DNA of 64,000 nt, from NCBI GenBank assembly GCA_041660005.1, contig JBAZXG010000003.1, forward strand, positions 835-64,834. The letters are read 5' to 3'. The DNA is from Patescibacteria group bacterium. Its GTDB lineage: Bacteria; Patescibacteriota; Patescibacteriia; GWA2-46-9. Positions 16,383 to 26,259 of the stretch are shown piece after piece; the stretch's first letter is position 1; the number at the start of each line of letters is the position of its first letter. Below the pieces are notes generated by a model, which saw nothing but the letters and a program-made list of their open reading frames with translations, did not search any database and had not been told where the DNA came from. The translations under genes were made by a program, and so were the position numbers.

Positions 16383-16895
16383 ATGACAGACGGTTCAGAG
16401 CAGCAAACAAAAAAACAGTCGCTAGAAAAGCGCATTGAGGAACTCGAGGCAACCCTTAAGGAACATACGGCTGGTTGGCAGCGGGCACGCGCCGATTATC
16501 AAAACCTTAAGCGCGAGTCCGAAGAAAAACAGCATTCCTACGCTGATTTGACGAGACGCCGTATGTTGCAGGATTTGTTGCCAATTTATGATTTATTGAA
16601 GCGGGCAACAGAGACCACACCGGACGCTGAGCACGTCACATCTTGGATTAGCGGAGTTCAGCAAATTGTCACAACCTGGAAAAATTTATTAACGCGATGG
16701 CAGGTAACAACCATTGACACTGAAAACAAATCGTTTGATCCGTCACTGCACGAAGCAGTTGGCACTGACGGTAATATGCAGGTTGGTGCAATTGTAAAAG
16801 AGTTAGAGGGTGGTTATATGGTGAATGGTGTTCTCGTCCGTCCGGCAAAGGTTATCGTTGGTACAAAGGAAGAAGGCAAAAACAAAGCGAGCTAA
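16383..16895 (+). CDS. grpE: Nucleotide exchange factor GrpE
   Basis: RARADYQNLKR, FDPSLHEAV, GY...VRPAKVIV. Confidence 0.95.
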   Translation: MTDGSEQQTKKQSLEKRIEELEATLKEHTAGWQRARADYQNLKRESEEKQHSYADLTRRRMLQDLLPIYDLLKRATETTPDAEHVTSWISGVQQIVTTWKNLLTRWQVTTIDTENKSFDPSLHEAVGTDGNMQVGAIVKELEGGYMVNGVLVRPAKVIVGTKEEGKNKAS

Positions 16896-16919
16896 TTTCA
16901 TTTATTAACCTCTATTATT

Positions 16920-17342
16920 ATGTCTCGACTAATTCGTTGGAGTCCCGTGGTTCCCGATTTCTTCGAGGACACAGAAAAGTTTCTCGAAGAATATGGACTA
17001 TCTGGTGCAGCCGTGCTACCGGTTGATATTTATCAAACCGAGGATAGCGTCATTGTCGAAACGCCACTACCCGGCATAGATCCCAAAAACATTGAAGTTT
17101 CTGTTGATCATAATGTTTTGACCATACGCGGGAAAGTTGAGCATAAAACTGAGATTGACGAGAAGAACTATTATCGAAAAGAAGTGCGTAGTAACTCGTA
17201 TCACCGTGCAGTTGCCTTGCCTGTTCATGTTGACCAGGCGAAAGCTGAAGCAGACTACAAGAATGGTATGCTCATTGTCCGGTTGCCGAAAGCGAGCGAA
17301 CCGAACACTAAGACAATTCAAGTTAAGCGTTCGACTGCCTAA
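16920..17342 (+). CDS. Hsp20/alpha-crystallin small heat shock protein
   Basis: PVDIYQT, LPGIDP, LTIRG, ADYKNGMLIVRLPK. Confidence 0.93.
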   Translation: MSRLIRWSPVVPDFFEDTEKFLEEYGLSGAAVLPVDIYQTEDSVIVETPLPGIDPKNIEVSVDHNVLTIRGKVEHKTEIDEKNYYRKEVRSNSYHRAVALPVHVDQAKAEADYKNGMLIVRLPKASEPNTKTIQVKRSTA

Positions 17343-17349
17343 TCTTAAT

Positions 17350-17415
17350 TCCTCTCCCTATTCAGGGAGGGGGATCCGGGTGAGCCTAGAGTACGACTCA
17401 GGGTTCACCCGGGTC
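17350..17415. repeat. Tandem hairpins between hsp20 and dnaK
   Basis: CCTCTCCCT-ATTC-AGGGAGGGG, then GATCCGGGTGAGCCTAGAGT-ACG-ACTCAGGGTTCACCCGGGTC (~19-bp stem). Confidence 0.55.
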
Positions 17416-17458
17416 ACAAAAAAGTTAACTATCTTTAAAGCAAATTAATCTAAAATCT

Positions 17459-19378
17459 ATGGCAAAAATAATTGGAATCGACCTTGGTACGACAAATTCG
17501 TGTGTAGCAGTTATGGAGGGAGGAGAGCCGAAGGTAATAGAGAACCGCGAAGGAAACCGGACGACGCCATCGGTTGTGGCGATGTCGAAAAATGGTGACC
17601 GCCTCGTGGGTCTTGTTGCCAAACGGCAAGCAGTAACGAATCCCGAGAATACGATTTTTTCAGTGAAGCGTCTCATAGGTCGACGGTTTGAGGAGGACGA
17701 AGTGCAGCGCGACATTAAGCTGATGCCGTACCGAATTTCTAAATCAGGCGACGGCATTAAAGTTGCTATGAGCGGCAAGGATTATACCCCTCAAGAAATT
17801 TCTGCCATGGTATTGCAGCAGCTCAAAGCTGATGCAGAAGAGCGTCTTGGGGAAAAAGTAACAGAAGCCGTCATTACGGTTCCTGCATATTTTAACGATG
17901 CCCAACGTCAGGCGACCAAAGATGCAGGTGAGATTGCAGGACTAAAAGTTCGCCGCATCATCAATGAGCCAACGGCTGCAGCACTTGCCTATGGGCTCGA
18001 CAAGAAAAAAGACCAAAAAATTGTTGTCTACGATCTGGGGGGCGGCACATTTGACGTTTCAGTGCTTGAGGTGGGAGACGACACCGTAGAAGTCAAGGCG
18101 ACCAATGGTGACACCCATCTTGGTGGCGACGATTTTGATCAGGCCATCATTGAATGGACGATTACCGAGTTCAAGAAGGACCAGGGCATTGATCTTTCAA
18201 AAGATCGTCTCGCCTTGCAGCGCATTAAAGAAGCAGCTGAAAAAGCAAAAATTGAATTGACCTCAGCTCCAGAAACTGAAATTAGCCAGCCGTTTATAAC
18301 TTCGGACGCTGCTGGACCAAAACATCTTAACATCAAGTTGTCTCGCGCTAAGCTCGAAGACTTGGTAGGGAAGCTCGTAGAAAAAACCCTTGAACCCTGT
18401 AAAAAAGCGCTGGCTGATGCAAAACTAAAGACAACGGATATTGATGAAATCGTCATGGTCGGCGGTATGACGCGTATGCCACTCGTGCAGCAAACGGTTG
18501 AGAAGTTTTTTGGGAAGAAACTGCACCTCGGTGTTAACCCTGACGAAGTTGTGGCTATTGGCGCCGCGGTACAGGCAGGCGTATTGCAGGGTGAAATTAA
18601 AGATGTGCTGCTTCTTGACGTAACGCCGCTCTCGTTTGGCATTGAAACACTTGGTGGCGTCATGACAAAATTGATTGAGCGCAATACCACCATTCCAACT
18701 TCAAAATCACAAGTTTTCTCAACGGCAGCTGACAGCCAAACTTCGGTAGAAGTGCACGTTTTGCAAGGAGAGCGTGAAATGGCTGCAGATAACAAGTCTC
18801 TTGGGCGCTTCATTCTTTCTGGTATCCCGGCTGCCCCACGCGGTGTTCCTCAAGTTGAAGTAAGCTTTGATATTGATGCTAACGGCATTCTGAACGTGAA
18901 AGCCGTAGATAAAGCAACCAACAAAGAGCAAACCATTACCATTACTGCTTCATCCGGGCTCTCTAAGGATGAAATCGAGAAAATGAAAAAAGATGCTGAA
19001 CTGCACGCCGATGAAGACAAAAAGCGTCGGGAACTCATTGAACTTAAAAATAGTGCAGACGGTCTTGTGTATTCAACAGAGAAAACCGTCAAAGAGGCTG
19101 GAGACAAGGTGGACGCTGAGGTAAAGAAGTCTGTCGAGGAAAAGGTAGAAGCATTGAAAAAGGTTAAAGAGAGCGAAGACATCGAGGCAATCAAAAAAGC
19201 GTTTGATGAACTTGGTACGGTTATTCAGAAAGTTGGTGCAGATCTCTACAAAGCGACGCAAAGCAATGAGGGTGCGCCAGCAGAAAAAAAGGAAGAGGGT
19301 CCTGTTGATGCGCATTATGAAGAGAAAAAAGATGATGAGCAGCCAAAGTCAACAGAAGAAAAATCAAATGATCTGTAG
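17459..19378 (+). CDS. dnaK: Chaperone DnaK (Hsp70)
   Basis: [37 protein letters not shown]. Confidence 0.99.
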   Translation: MAKIIGIDLGTTNSCVAVMEGGEPKVIENREGNRTTPSVVAMSKNGDRLVGLVAKRQAVTNPENTIFSVKRLIGRRFEEDEVQRDIKLMPYRISKSGDGIKVAMSGKDYTPQEISAMVLQQLKADAEERLGEKVTEAVITVPAYFNDAQRQATKDAGEIAGLKVRRIINEPTAAALAYGLDKKKDQKIVVYDLGGGTFDVSVLEVGDDTVEVKATNGDTHLGGDDFDQAIIEWTITEFKKDQGIDLSKDRLALQRIKEAAEKAKIELTSAPETEISQPFITSDAAGPKHLNIKLSRAKLEDLVGKLVEKTLEPCKKALADAKLKTTDIDEIVMVGGMTRMPLVQQTVEKFFGKKLHLGVNPDEVVAIGAAVQAGVLQGEIKDVLLLDVTPLSFGIETLGGVMTKLIERNTTIPTSKSQVFSTAADSQTSVEVHVLQGEREMAADNKSLGRFILSGIPAAPRGVPQVEVSFDIDANGILNVKAVDKATNKEQTITITASSGLSKDEIEKMKKDAELHADEDKKRRELIELKNSADGLVYSTEKTVKEAGDKVDAEVKKSVEEKVEALKKVKESEDIEAIKKAFDELGTVIQKVGADLYKATQSNEGAPAEKKEEGPVDAHYEEKKDDEQPKSTEEKSNDL

Positions 19379-19454
19379 TTGTTGGTGTAGTGGCGCCATT
19401 CGTACCTAAATTTATTCGACGAATTCTTAATTGGTAATCCGTAATCATAACCAT

Positions 19455-19742
19455 ATGGCCGATCAAAAAAACATGCAGATTAAGGCGAGCGACGAAGCGC
19501 TCAAAGGAACGTATGCTAACCTCATGCAGGTTAGTCATCTGAAAGAGGAGTTCATTTTGGATTTTATGAATGTATATCCCTTTCAGGGAATCGGAACCCT
19601 AAACGCGCGGGTTATAGTGAGCCCTTCTCACTATAAACGCATGGTTGCCGCCATGCAGGAAAACCTTAAGCGTTACGAGGAAACACACGGCACAATCGCC
19701 GCAGGTGATGCACCGAGTGCGGAAGTTGGTTTTCAGGCGTAG
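19455..19742 (+). CDS. DUF3467-like protein
   Basis: GTYANLMQVSHLKEEFILDF...ARVIVSPSHYKR...YEETHGTI pattern. Confidence 0.75.
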   Translation: MADQKNMQIKASDEALKGTYANLMQVSHLKEEFILDFMNVYPFQGIGTLNARVIVSPSHYKRMVAAMQENLKRYEETHGTIAAGDAPSAEVGFQA

Positions 19743-19757
19743 AGACTTTTCTTTCTC

Positions 19758-19785
19758 GGAAGCGCCGCCGTTAGGCGGCGCTCCT
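19758..19785. terminator. GC-rich hairpin before dnaJ
   Basis: AGCGCCGCC-GTTA-GGCGGCGCT; no U-tract on the plus strand. Confidence 0.4.
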
Positions 19786-19798
19786 GCTAACATTCACC

Positions 19799-20905
19799 AT
19801 GGCTAAAGATTATTATAGTATTTTAGGAGTCAACAAAAGCGCTTCTGCTGACGAGATCAAGAAAGCGTATCGTAAGTTGGCGCACAAACATCATCCTGAT
19901 AAAGCCGTGGAAGGAAGCAGCGAACACAAGGAAAGCGAAAAAAAGTTTAAAGAGTTGAACGAGGCCTATCAGGTGCTTTCGGACGCAAATAAGCGTCAGC
20001 AGTATGATCAGTTTGGTACTACGTTTGACCAAGCGTCTCCGGGTGGCGGTGGTTACGGTGGTGGATTTGGCGGTTTCAGTCAGGGTGGAAATATTAATAT
20101 AGATTTTGACGATCTTGAGGATCTCTTTGGTGGAGTTTTTCGTGGTTTCGGTGGAGGTTCGCGTAGAGCAAGTCGGCAGACCAAAGGAGCAGATATTCAG
20201 ATGGCGGAAACGATCAGCTTTAAAGAGGCAGCCTTTGGGGTCAAACGTGAGTTACGATTGTACAAAACAGTGCCCTGCCCAGGATGTAAAGGAAGCGGTG
20301 CTGAACAGGGAAGCAAGGTCGTGACCTGTAAGACCTGCCAAGGTCAGGGTCAGGTAGCTGACGTACAAAATACTATTTTTGGAAGTTTCCAAACCGTGCG
20401 CGCCTGCTCTGCATGTGGCGGTATGGGGAGCATTCCGGAAAAGATTTGCTCAACTTGTCGCGGCAGGCGCATCACCAAAGAAACAGTTACCCTGACCGTT
20501 GATATACCAGCTGGTATTAGTGACGGAGAGACCTTGCGTTTGACCAGTCAAGGCGAAGCTGGGGACCGCGGATTGGCTGGGGACCTGTACATAACCGTAC
20601 GCGTTGAAGCGGACCGACTGTTTGAACGGCATGGCAACGATGTTGTGACGGTTTTACCGATATCGTTTAGCGAGGCAGCACTCGGTATTGTGCGTGATGT
20701 GGAGACTATTGATGGAGCGGTAGCCGTGACCATACCGCCAGGTACGCAAAGTGGAGCTGTGCTGCGCTTAACGCGTAAAGGAATACCGCACTTACATGGC
20801 AAAGGCAGGGGCGACCATCTGGTAACCATTAAGGTGAAAACACCTGTAAAATTAAGTAAGTCTCAGCGTAAACTTTTTGAAGAATTGGCTGAACTTGATT
20901 CTTAA
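19799..20905 (+). CDS. dnaJ: Chaperone DnaJ
   Basis: J-domain HPD, G/F-rich region, four CxxCxGxG-type repeats. Confidence 0.98.
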   Translation: MAKDYYSILGVNKSASADEIKKAYRKLAHKHHPDKAVEGSSEHKESEKKFKELNEAYQVLSDANKRQQYDQFGTTFDQASPGGGGYGGGFGGFSQGGNINIDFDDLEDLFGGVFRGFGGGSRRASRQTKGADIQMAETISFKEAAFGVKRELRLYKTVPCPGCKGSGAEQGSKVVTCKTCQGQGQVADVQNTIFGSFQTVRACSACGGMGSIPEKICSTCRGRRITKETVTLTVDIPAGISDGETLRLTSQGEAGDRGLAGDLYITVRVEADRLFERHGNDVVTVLPISFSEAALGIVRDVETIDGAVAVTIPPGTQSGAVLRLTRKGIPHLHGKGRGDHLVTIKVKTPVKLSKSQRKLFEELAELDS

Positions 20906-21005
20906 TTTGCTGAGGATGACTTTGTCTTCGCTGTAAAAACAGTGTGGATCGCGCTATACTACTACCCATCCCGGTTACATTCTGATTAGAAATTACCTTT
21001 AGACT

Positions 21006-22400
21006 ATGGAGCTAACGTTCTACAATACACTGAGTCGGCGGAAAGAAATTTTCAGTCCAATTCGGCCAAAGACTGTCTATCTTTATACCTGTGGACCAAC
21101 AGTGTACTGGTACGCACACATCGGTAATTTTCGCACGTTCATTTTTTACGATGTACTGCGCCGAGCGTTAGAATTTTTTGGCTACCGTGTCCGTCATGTA
21201 ATGAATATCACGGACGTCGGACATCTTGTTGCTGATGCTGATACCGGTGAAGAAAAAATGGCTGAAGCAGCCAAGCGTGAAAGAAAAACGGCCTGGCAAG
21301 TAGCTGATTTTTATGCTGGCACGTTTATGCGAGATGCGCGCCTGTTTAACCTTAAACCGCCCACGAAGCAACCACGGGCGACTGAGCATATCAAAGAACA
21401 AATCGCCATGATTCAGCTTCTTGAAGAGCAGGGTCATACCTATGTCACCGAAGACGGGGTTTATTTTAATACCGCAACTTTTCCTGCCTATGGCAAATTG
21501 AGTGGTCAGTCGCTCGATGATAAGCAGGGCGGGAAGCGTGTGTCCGTGGCCAATAAAAAACATCCAGCAGATTTTGCTCTGTGGAAATTTTCTCCAGCGT
21601 CAGAAAAGCGAGATATGGAATGGCAAAGTCCATGGGGAGTTGGTTTTCCCGGTTGGCATATTGAATGTTCTGCCATGTCGAGAAAGTACCTCGGGCAACC
21701 GTTTGATATTCATGCGGGTGGCATCGACCACATGCCGGTGCATCACGAAAATGAAATTGCGCAATCCGAAGCAGCCTACGGTGTACCACTAGCAAACTAT
21801 TGGATGCACGGTGAATTTATGGTTCTTGGTAAACCTGAAGAGGAGCGACGCATGGGAAAGTCAGAAGGGAATATCAAGACCGTGAGCGAGATTGTCACTG
21901 AGCTTGGTGTCGAGCCGTTAGCATTTCGTTATCTGTGTCTGACAACACATTATCGTAGTAAGTTGTACTTTAGCGAAGAGGCCTTGAAGGGCGCTGACCA
22001 GGCATTGAAGCGATTGCGGGCGCACGCTCAGGAATTTGGGAAAGCAGGACGGGTGGGTGTCGTTGCCTATGAGGAACGTTTTCGTGACGCTCTAGCGAAC
22101 GATCTTGATACGCCGACAGCTCTTGCGACCGTATGGGAAATGGTGCGTAATCCTGATAAAGATATCGAAGCGGTAAAGCGAAGTTTGTTAACATTCGATA
22201 GCATACTCGGACTCGATTTGGATCGGTTACCTAAAAAAATTTCCGTGCCGAGAAAAGTTCGGAATTTAGTGGCTGATCGCGAAACTGCACGCCAGGAGAA
22301 AGACTGGCAAAAAGCCGATGCCCTGCGATCCGCCGTACAAAGCGCGGGTTACGACGTTGAAGACACTGCCGACGGCCCGAGGGTTCATTTACTGTCTTAG
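21006..22400 (+). CDS. cysS: Cysteine--tRNA ligase
   Basis: CGPTVY, HIGN, DFALWK, PGWHIECSAM, HHENEIAQ, RMGKS (KMSKS variant). Confidence 0.98.
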   Translation: MELTFYNTLSRRKEIFSPIRPKTVYLYTCGPTVYWYAHIGNFRTFIFYDVLRRALEFFGYRVRHVMNITDVGHLVADADTGEEKMAEAAKRERKTAWQVADFYAGTFMRDARLFNLKPPTKQPRATEHIKEQIAMIQLLEEQGHTYVTEDGVYFNTATFPAYGKLSGQSLDDKQGGKRVSVANKKHPADFALWKFSPASEKRDMEWQSPWGVGFPGWHIECSAMSRKYLGQPFDIHAGGIDHMPVHHENEIAQSEAAYGVPLANYWMHGEFMVLGKPEEERRMGKSEGNIKTVSEIVTELGVEPLAFRYLCLTTHYRSKLYFSEEALKGADQALKRLRAHAQEFGKAGRVGVVAYEERFRDALANDLDTPTALATVWEMVRNPDKDIEAVKRSLLTFDSILGLDLDRLPKKISVPRKVRNLVADRETARQEKDWQKADALRSAVQSAGYDVEDTADGPRVHLLS

Positions 22401-22445
22401 TTCGTAGTTATTTAGTTCGAGGCCTATACGTGCTACGCTGTGTAT

Positions 22446-22922
22446 ATGCATAGCGCAACTGTAGAATCAAAAAAGCAACAAGAGGGGCGCGAAGAAGCGT
22501 CGCAAGCGAAGCACGAGCAGGAGGCAGTGCACGAGAAGCCACAGGCCGATTCGCCTGCGGCTCCTTCATCGATGCAAACGATTACGCCCGTAATTTTTTC
22601 TTCTAGTAGCACGCCAGAAGTTGCCTCGTCTACAAAAAGTCAATCATTGCAGCAGATCGAAGATATTTTATCGGAAGACTTAGGGGAAGTATATGCGTCT
22701 CTTTCGCCGAAGGAGCAGTTCATTATTAAAACAAAAGGAGAACAAACAGCGGAGAAAATTCGCGAGGTATTGCGTCAGGCAACACTACAATTTCGTACGC
22801 TTTTTAAACTCATTTTATCGTGGTTGCGCGTCATACCAGGAGTTGCTCGTCCGTTTGTTGAACAAGAGGCAAAAATTAAAGCGGATAAACTGCTCCGCCT
22901 GAGGAGCAAAAAAGATTTGTGA
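22446..22922 (+). CDS. Conserved hypothetical helical protein translationally coupled to the downstream ATPase
   Basis: Disordered N-terminus and helical C-domain (IEDILSEDL...WLRVIPGV...EQEAKIK); stop overlaps the next start (GTGA). Confidence 0.75.
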   Translation: MHSATVESKKQQEGREEASQAKHEQEAVHEKPQADSPAAPSSMQTITPVIFSSSSTPEVASSTKSQSLQQIEDILSEDLGEVYASLSPKEQFIIKTKGEQTAEKIREVLRQATLQFRTLFKLILSWLRVIPGVARPFVEQEAKIKADKLLRLRSKKDL

Positions 22923-25459
22923 ACATTATACCCGTTACACCAGAGACAAGTTTTATATCTCCACTTCTCTATCCATGGCTCGTTGCGTTAGGTGTTGCTG
23001 GTGTCGTTTTTCTTTTGATACTCCGCGCTATTTACCGCCGTACCTACCAGCATGGTGTTGCATTGAATAAAGTAGTGCTTTTGGTCACTGTTCCAAAGTA
23101 CGAATCCAAGAATAAGGAGGAGTCGAAAGGTATTGAACAACTGCGCGAACAAATTGCTCTGGCTGAGTCGCTTTTTTCCAGCATTGGCGGTTTACGCGCC
23201 GAGCGCAGTTTTGGCGCGTACCTTTGGGGCAGGAGAGACCATTTAGCGCTTGAAATCGTTGCCACAAAAGGAGAGATTCTTTTTTATGTGGTGGTCCCGC
23301 GTCAGATGCAGCGTTTTATTGAGCAGCACATTCATGCTCAGTATCCCGCAGCACACGTCGAGGAATCAGCTGACTATAATATATTTTTACCGCACGGAGT
23401 GTCACGGGGTGCAGTTCTCCACTTTAGTCGGTCATATATTTTTCCTATTCGTACCTATAAAGAGATTGACACTGATCCCTTGCTTGCCGTTACCAATGCG
23501 CTTAGTCGACTCGGTACCAATGGGGCCGCGGTGCAGATTGTGATTCGTTCAGCAAAACGTGGGTGGCATCGTTATGGGCAGCGCACTGCGTCATTAATGC
23601 ATCAAGGTAAGAGTTTTAAAGAGGCCTATTTGGCGGGTCATGGCAGCTGGTATGTTCGTATGGCCGTGCACATCATGCGTGCCTTGTACCCCGCGCCCAA
23701 AAAGGACAACCGAGACGACGATATATACTCACAGAAACAGCACTCGCGTCATCAATTGAGCGCCCTTGAGCAAGAAATGGCAAAGCGCGTTGAGGAGAAA
23801 ACAAGTAAGGCCGGGCTTGATGCAAATATTCGCGTGGTCGTTTCAACGCCGCGAGCAGTGGACAGCGACCGAGCGCTCGACAACATTTTAAATGCCTTTA
23901 ATCAGTTTGGCATGTATCAGTACGGGAATCGTTTCGTACCCAGTCGGCCAAGAAGTCAACAAACGCTTCTGCGTCGATTTATTTACCGTGATTTTGTGAA
24001 ACGAAATGCCGTGCTGTTGAATGCCGAAGAATTGGCGAGCATATTCCATTTTCCGCTTATTGGAACAGAGACGCCGAACATCCGGTGGCTGCGGTCAAAG
24101 AAGGCCGCCGCGCCAACGGTGCTACCTGATGAAGGTGTTGTCCTCGGCGTGAATAAGTATCGCGGCGAGGAGCGCCTCATTCGTTTTGCCACGGCGGATC
24201 GCCGTCGTCATTGCTACATCATTGGAACAACGGGTTCTGGGAAATCAGTGCTCATGAGCGAAATGGTTAAGCAGGACATTGCGGCAGGGCGTGGAGTTTG
24301 CGTTATTGACCCTCACGGATCAACTGTCGAAGATATTCTTGAATGTATTCCTTCATCGCGTGCGAATGATGTTATTTATTTTGACCCCGCTGACGTCGAG
24401 CGCCCCATGGGGCTTAACATGCTTGACGCAACGACGCCGGCAGAAATGGATTTTGCTACGCAAGAAATGATTGCCATTTTTTACAAGCTGGTAACTGATC
24501 CGTCGATGATTGGTCCGATGTTTGAACACAATATGCGGAACGCCATGCTGACTTTAATGAGCGATCGAGAGCAGCCGGGTACACTCGTGGAAATACCAAG
24601 AATATTTACCGACACGGAATTTCAGCGGTTTAAAGTAAAAAAAGTTAACGATCCGATAGTACGGGCCTTTTGGGAGCAGGAAATGGCTAAAACTTCAGAT
24701 TTTCACAAGTCTGAAATGCTTGGGTATTTGATTTCCAAAGTAGGACGTTTCATTGAAAACAGCATGATGCGCAATATTATTGGACAATCGAAGTCCGCCT
24801 TTAATTTGCGTCAGGTCATGGACGAAGGGAAAATTCTCTTGGTCAATTTATCAAAGGGCAAAATTGGCGATATCAACGCAAACTTGCTTGGGCTCATACT
24901 CGTGTCAAAGATTCAGATGGCAGCGCTTTCTCGTGCCGATTCTCGCGAGGACAGCTATAAGGATTTTTATTTGTATATTGATGAGTTCCAGAATTTTATT
25001 ACTGATTCAATTGCTACGATTCTTTCTGAGGCGCGTAAGTATAAGTTGAACTTGATCATGGCACATCAGTACATTGGTCAGCTGGTGCAAGGTCAAGATA
25101 CCAAGATTCGCGATGCGGTTTTAGGAAACATCGGCTCAATCATCGCTTTTCGTGTTGGCGTGGAAGACACGGAGATGCTGGCTAAAGAATTTGAACCAGT
25201 CTTTACGGAGTACGATCTCATCAACATTGATCGGTTTCACGCTTATGTGCGGCTGCTCATTAACAACAGTGTCACGAGGCCCTTCGATATAGACACGTTC
25301 CCGCCGACCGTTGGCGACCCGGCGCGTGCAGCTATTTTAAAGCAGGCATCACGAATGCGTTACGGGCGCGATCGTAGAGAAGTTGAAGCTGAAATTATAG
25401 AACGCGGTAGACTTTCTTCACTGGGGGCGCCGACCGTTGATCGAGCCGTGTTACTCTAG
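22919..25459 (+). CDS. Membrane-anchored VirD4/TraD/HerA-like ATPase (type IV coupling-protein-like)
   Basis: N-terminal TM; Walker A GTTGSGKS, IDPHG, Walker B YIDEFQNF, SEARKY..L.MAHQY. Confidence 0.85.
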   Translation: MNIIPVTPETSFISPLLYPWLVALGVAGVVFLLILRAIYRRTYQHGVALNKVVLLVTVPKYESKNKEESKGIEQLREQIALAESLFSSIGGLRAERSFGAYLWGRRDHLALEIVATKGEILFYVVVPRQMQRFIEQHIHAQYPAAHVEESADYNIFLPHGVSRGAVLHFSRSYIFPIRTYKEIDTDPLLAVTNALSRLGTNGAAVQIVIRSAKRGWHRYGQRTASLMHQGKSFKEAYLAGHGSWYVRMAVHIMRALYPAPKKDNRDDDIYSQKQHSRHQLSALEQEMAKRVEEKTSKAGLDANIRVVVSTPRAVDSDRALDNILNAFNQFGMYQYGNRFVPSRPRSQQTLLRRFIYRDFVKRNAVLLNAEELASIFHFPLIGTETPNIRWLRSKKAAAPTVLPDEGVVLGVNKYRGEERLIRFATADRRRHCYIIGTTGSGKSVLMSEMVKQDIAAGRGVCVIDPHGSTVEDILECIPSSRANDVIYFDPADVERPMGLNMLDATTPAEMDFATQEMIAIFYKLVTDPSMIGPMFEHNMRNAMLTLMSDREQPGTLVEIPRIFTDTEFQRFKVKKVNDPIVRAFWEQEMAKTSDFHKSEMLGYLISKVGRFIENSMMRNIIGQSKSAFNLRQVMDEGKILLVNLSKGKIGDINANLLGLILVSKIQMAALSRADSREDSYKDFYLYIDEFQNFITDSIATILSEARKYKLNLIMAHQYIGQLVQGQDTKIRDAVLGNIGSIIAFRVGVEDTEMLAKEFEPVFTEYDLINIDRFHAYVRLLINNSVTRPFDIDTFPPTVGDPARAAILKQASRMRYGRDRREVEAEIIERGRLSSLGAPTVDRAVLL

Positions 25460-25560
25460 TGGGCATACTTTTCTGGACGTAAAATGAACCCTTCGTTATA
25501 CTGGTTATAGTTACGTTACATCGGTGGTCGCGTGTGCAGAGAAACAAAAAACGAAAATAT

Positions 25561-26175
25561 ATGGATATAACAAACATACAAGATTTTTCTTCAGAAGAGG
25601 GAACACCAGAAGCAAGTACCGAGATCGGTGTTTCTCACAATGAACAGATCACTGCCGCGAAAGCGGTGTTAGCAAACCAGCTTTTAGAAGAGGCCGTAAC
25701 CTTACTTGAGCGGGTGCGACATTTACTCGGGGTCAGTAGTTCGAGTACTATCGATTTTGTTCAAGCGACTGCCGTAGACGATGACGCAGATGATCCCGAA
25801 GGAAGAGTCATTGAAGGAGTTTTTGACGGTCAAAAAATGGTTGGTCCTGACGGTCGTCATTATTCGGTTCCGGCGAACTATGCGTCGAAGTCAAAATTAG
25901 TAGAGGGCGATCTTTTAAAGTTAATCATTACACCGCGCGGCGCTTTTGTCTTTAAGCAGATTGGCCCGACCAGCAGGCGGCGGCTACTTGGTACATTGCA
26001 TCGTAATATTGACGATAGTGATTGGTGTGTAAAGGCAGAAGGGTGGACCTACCGCGTATTGACGGCGAGCGTTACCTACTTTAAAGGTCGCGACGGCGAC
26101 GAGGTCTCTGTTCTTGTTCCGGAAAGTGGTGAAAGTAAGTGGGCAGCGGTTGAGAACATTATCAAAAAAACGTAA
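25561..26175 (+). CDS. Conserved hypothetical protein with beta-barrel-like C-terminal domains
   Basis: VIEGVFDGQKMVGPDGRHYSVPANYASKSKLVEGD; acidic N-terminus; no recognisable catalytic motif. Confidence 0.75.
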   Translation: MDITNIQDFSSEEGTPEASTEIGVSHNEQITAAKAVLANQLLEEAVTLLERVRHLLGVSSSSTIDFVQATAVDDDADDPEGRVIEGVFDGQKMVGPDGRHYSVPANYASKSKLVEGDLLKLIITPRGAFVFKQIGPTSRRRLLGTLHRNIDDSDWCVKAEGWTYRVLTASVTYFKGRDGDEVSVLVPESGESKWAAVENIIKKT

Positions 26176-26259
26176 TTGTTTGATGATAGGGTACATCGGG
26201 TATTTTGACCCGGTTTTGTCTTGGCTCAAATGATGCGCTAAACTGCCAACGACCATACT

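Noticed and set aside
17425-19194. Long antisense ORFs opposite dnaK (117, 224 and 114 aa)
   Set aside because: Well-known shadow ORFs arising from dnaK codon bias; no independent motifs or start signals.
25561-26175. Ribosomal protein L7/L12-type label for this conserved ORF
   Set aside because: The sequence lacks L7/L12 motifs (for example KIxVIKxVR, GLKEAK); kept as hypothetical.
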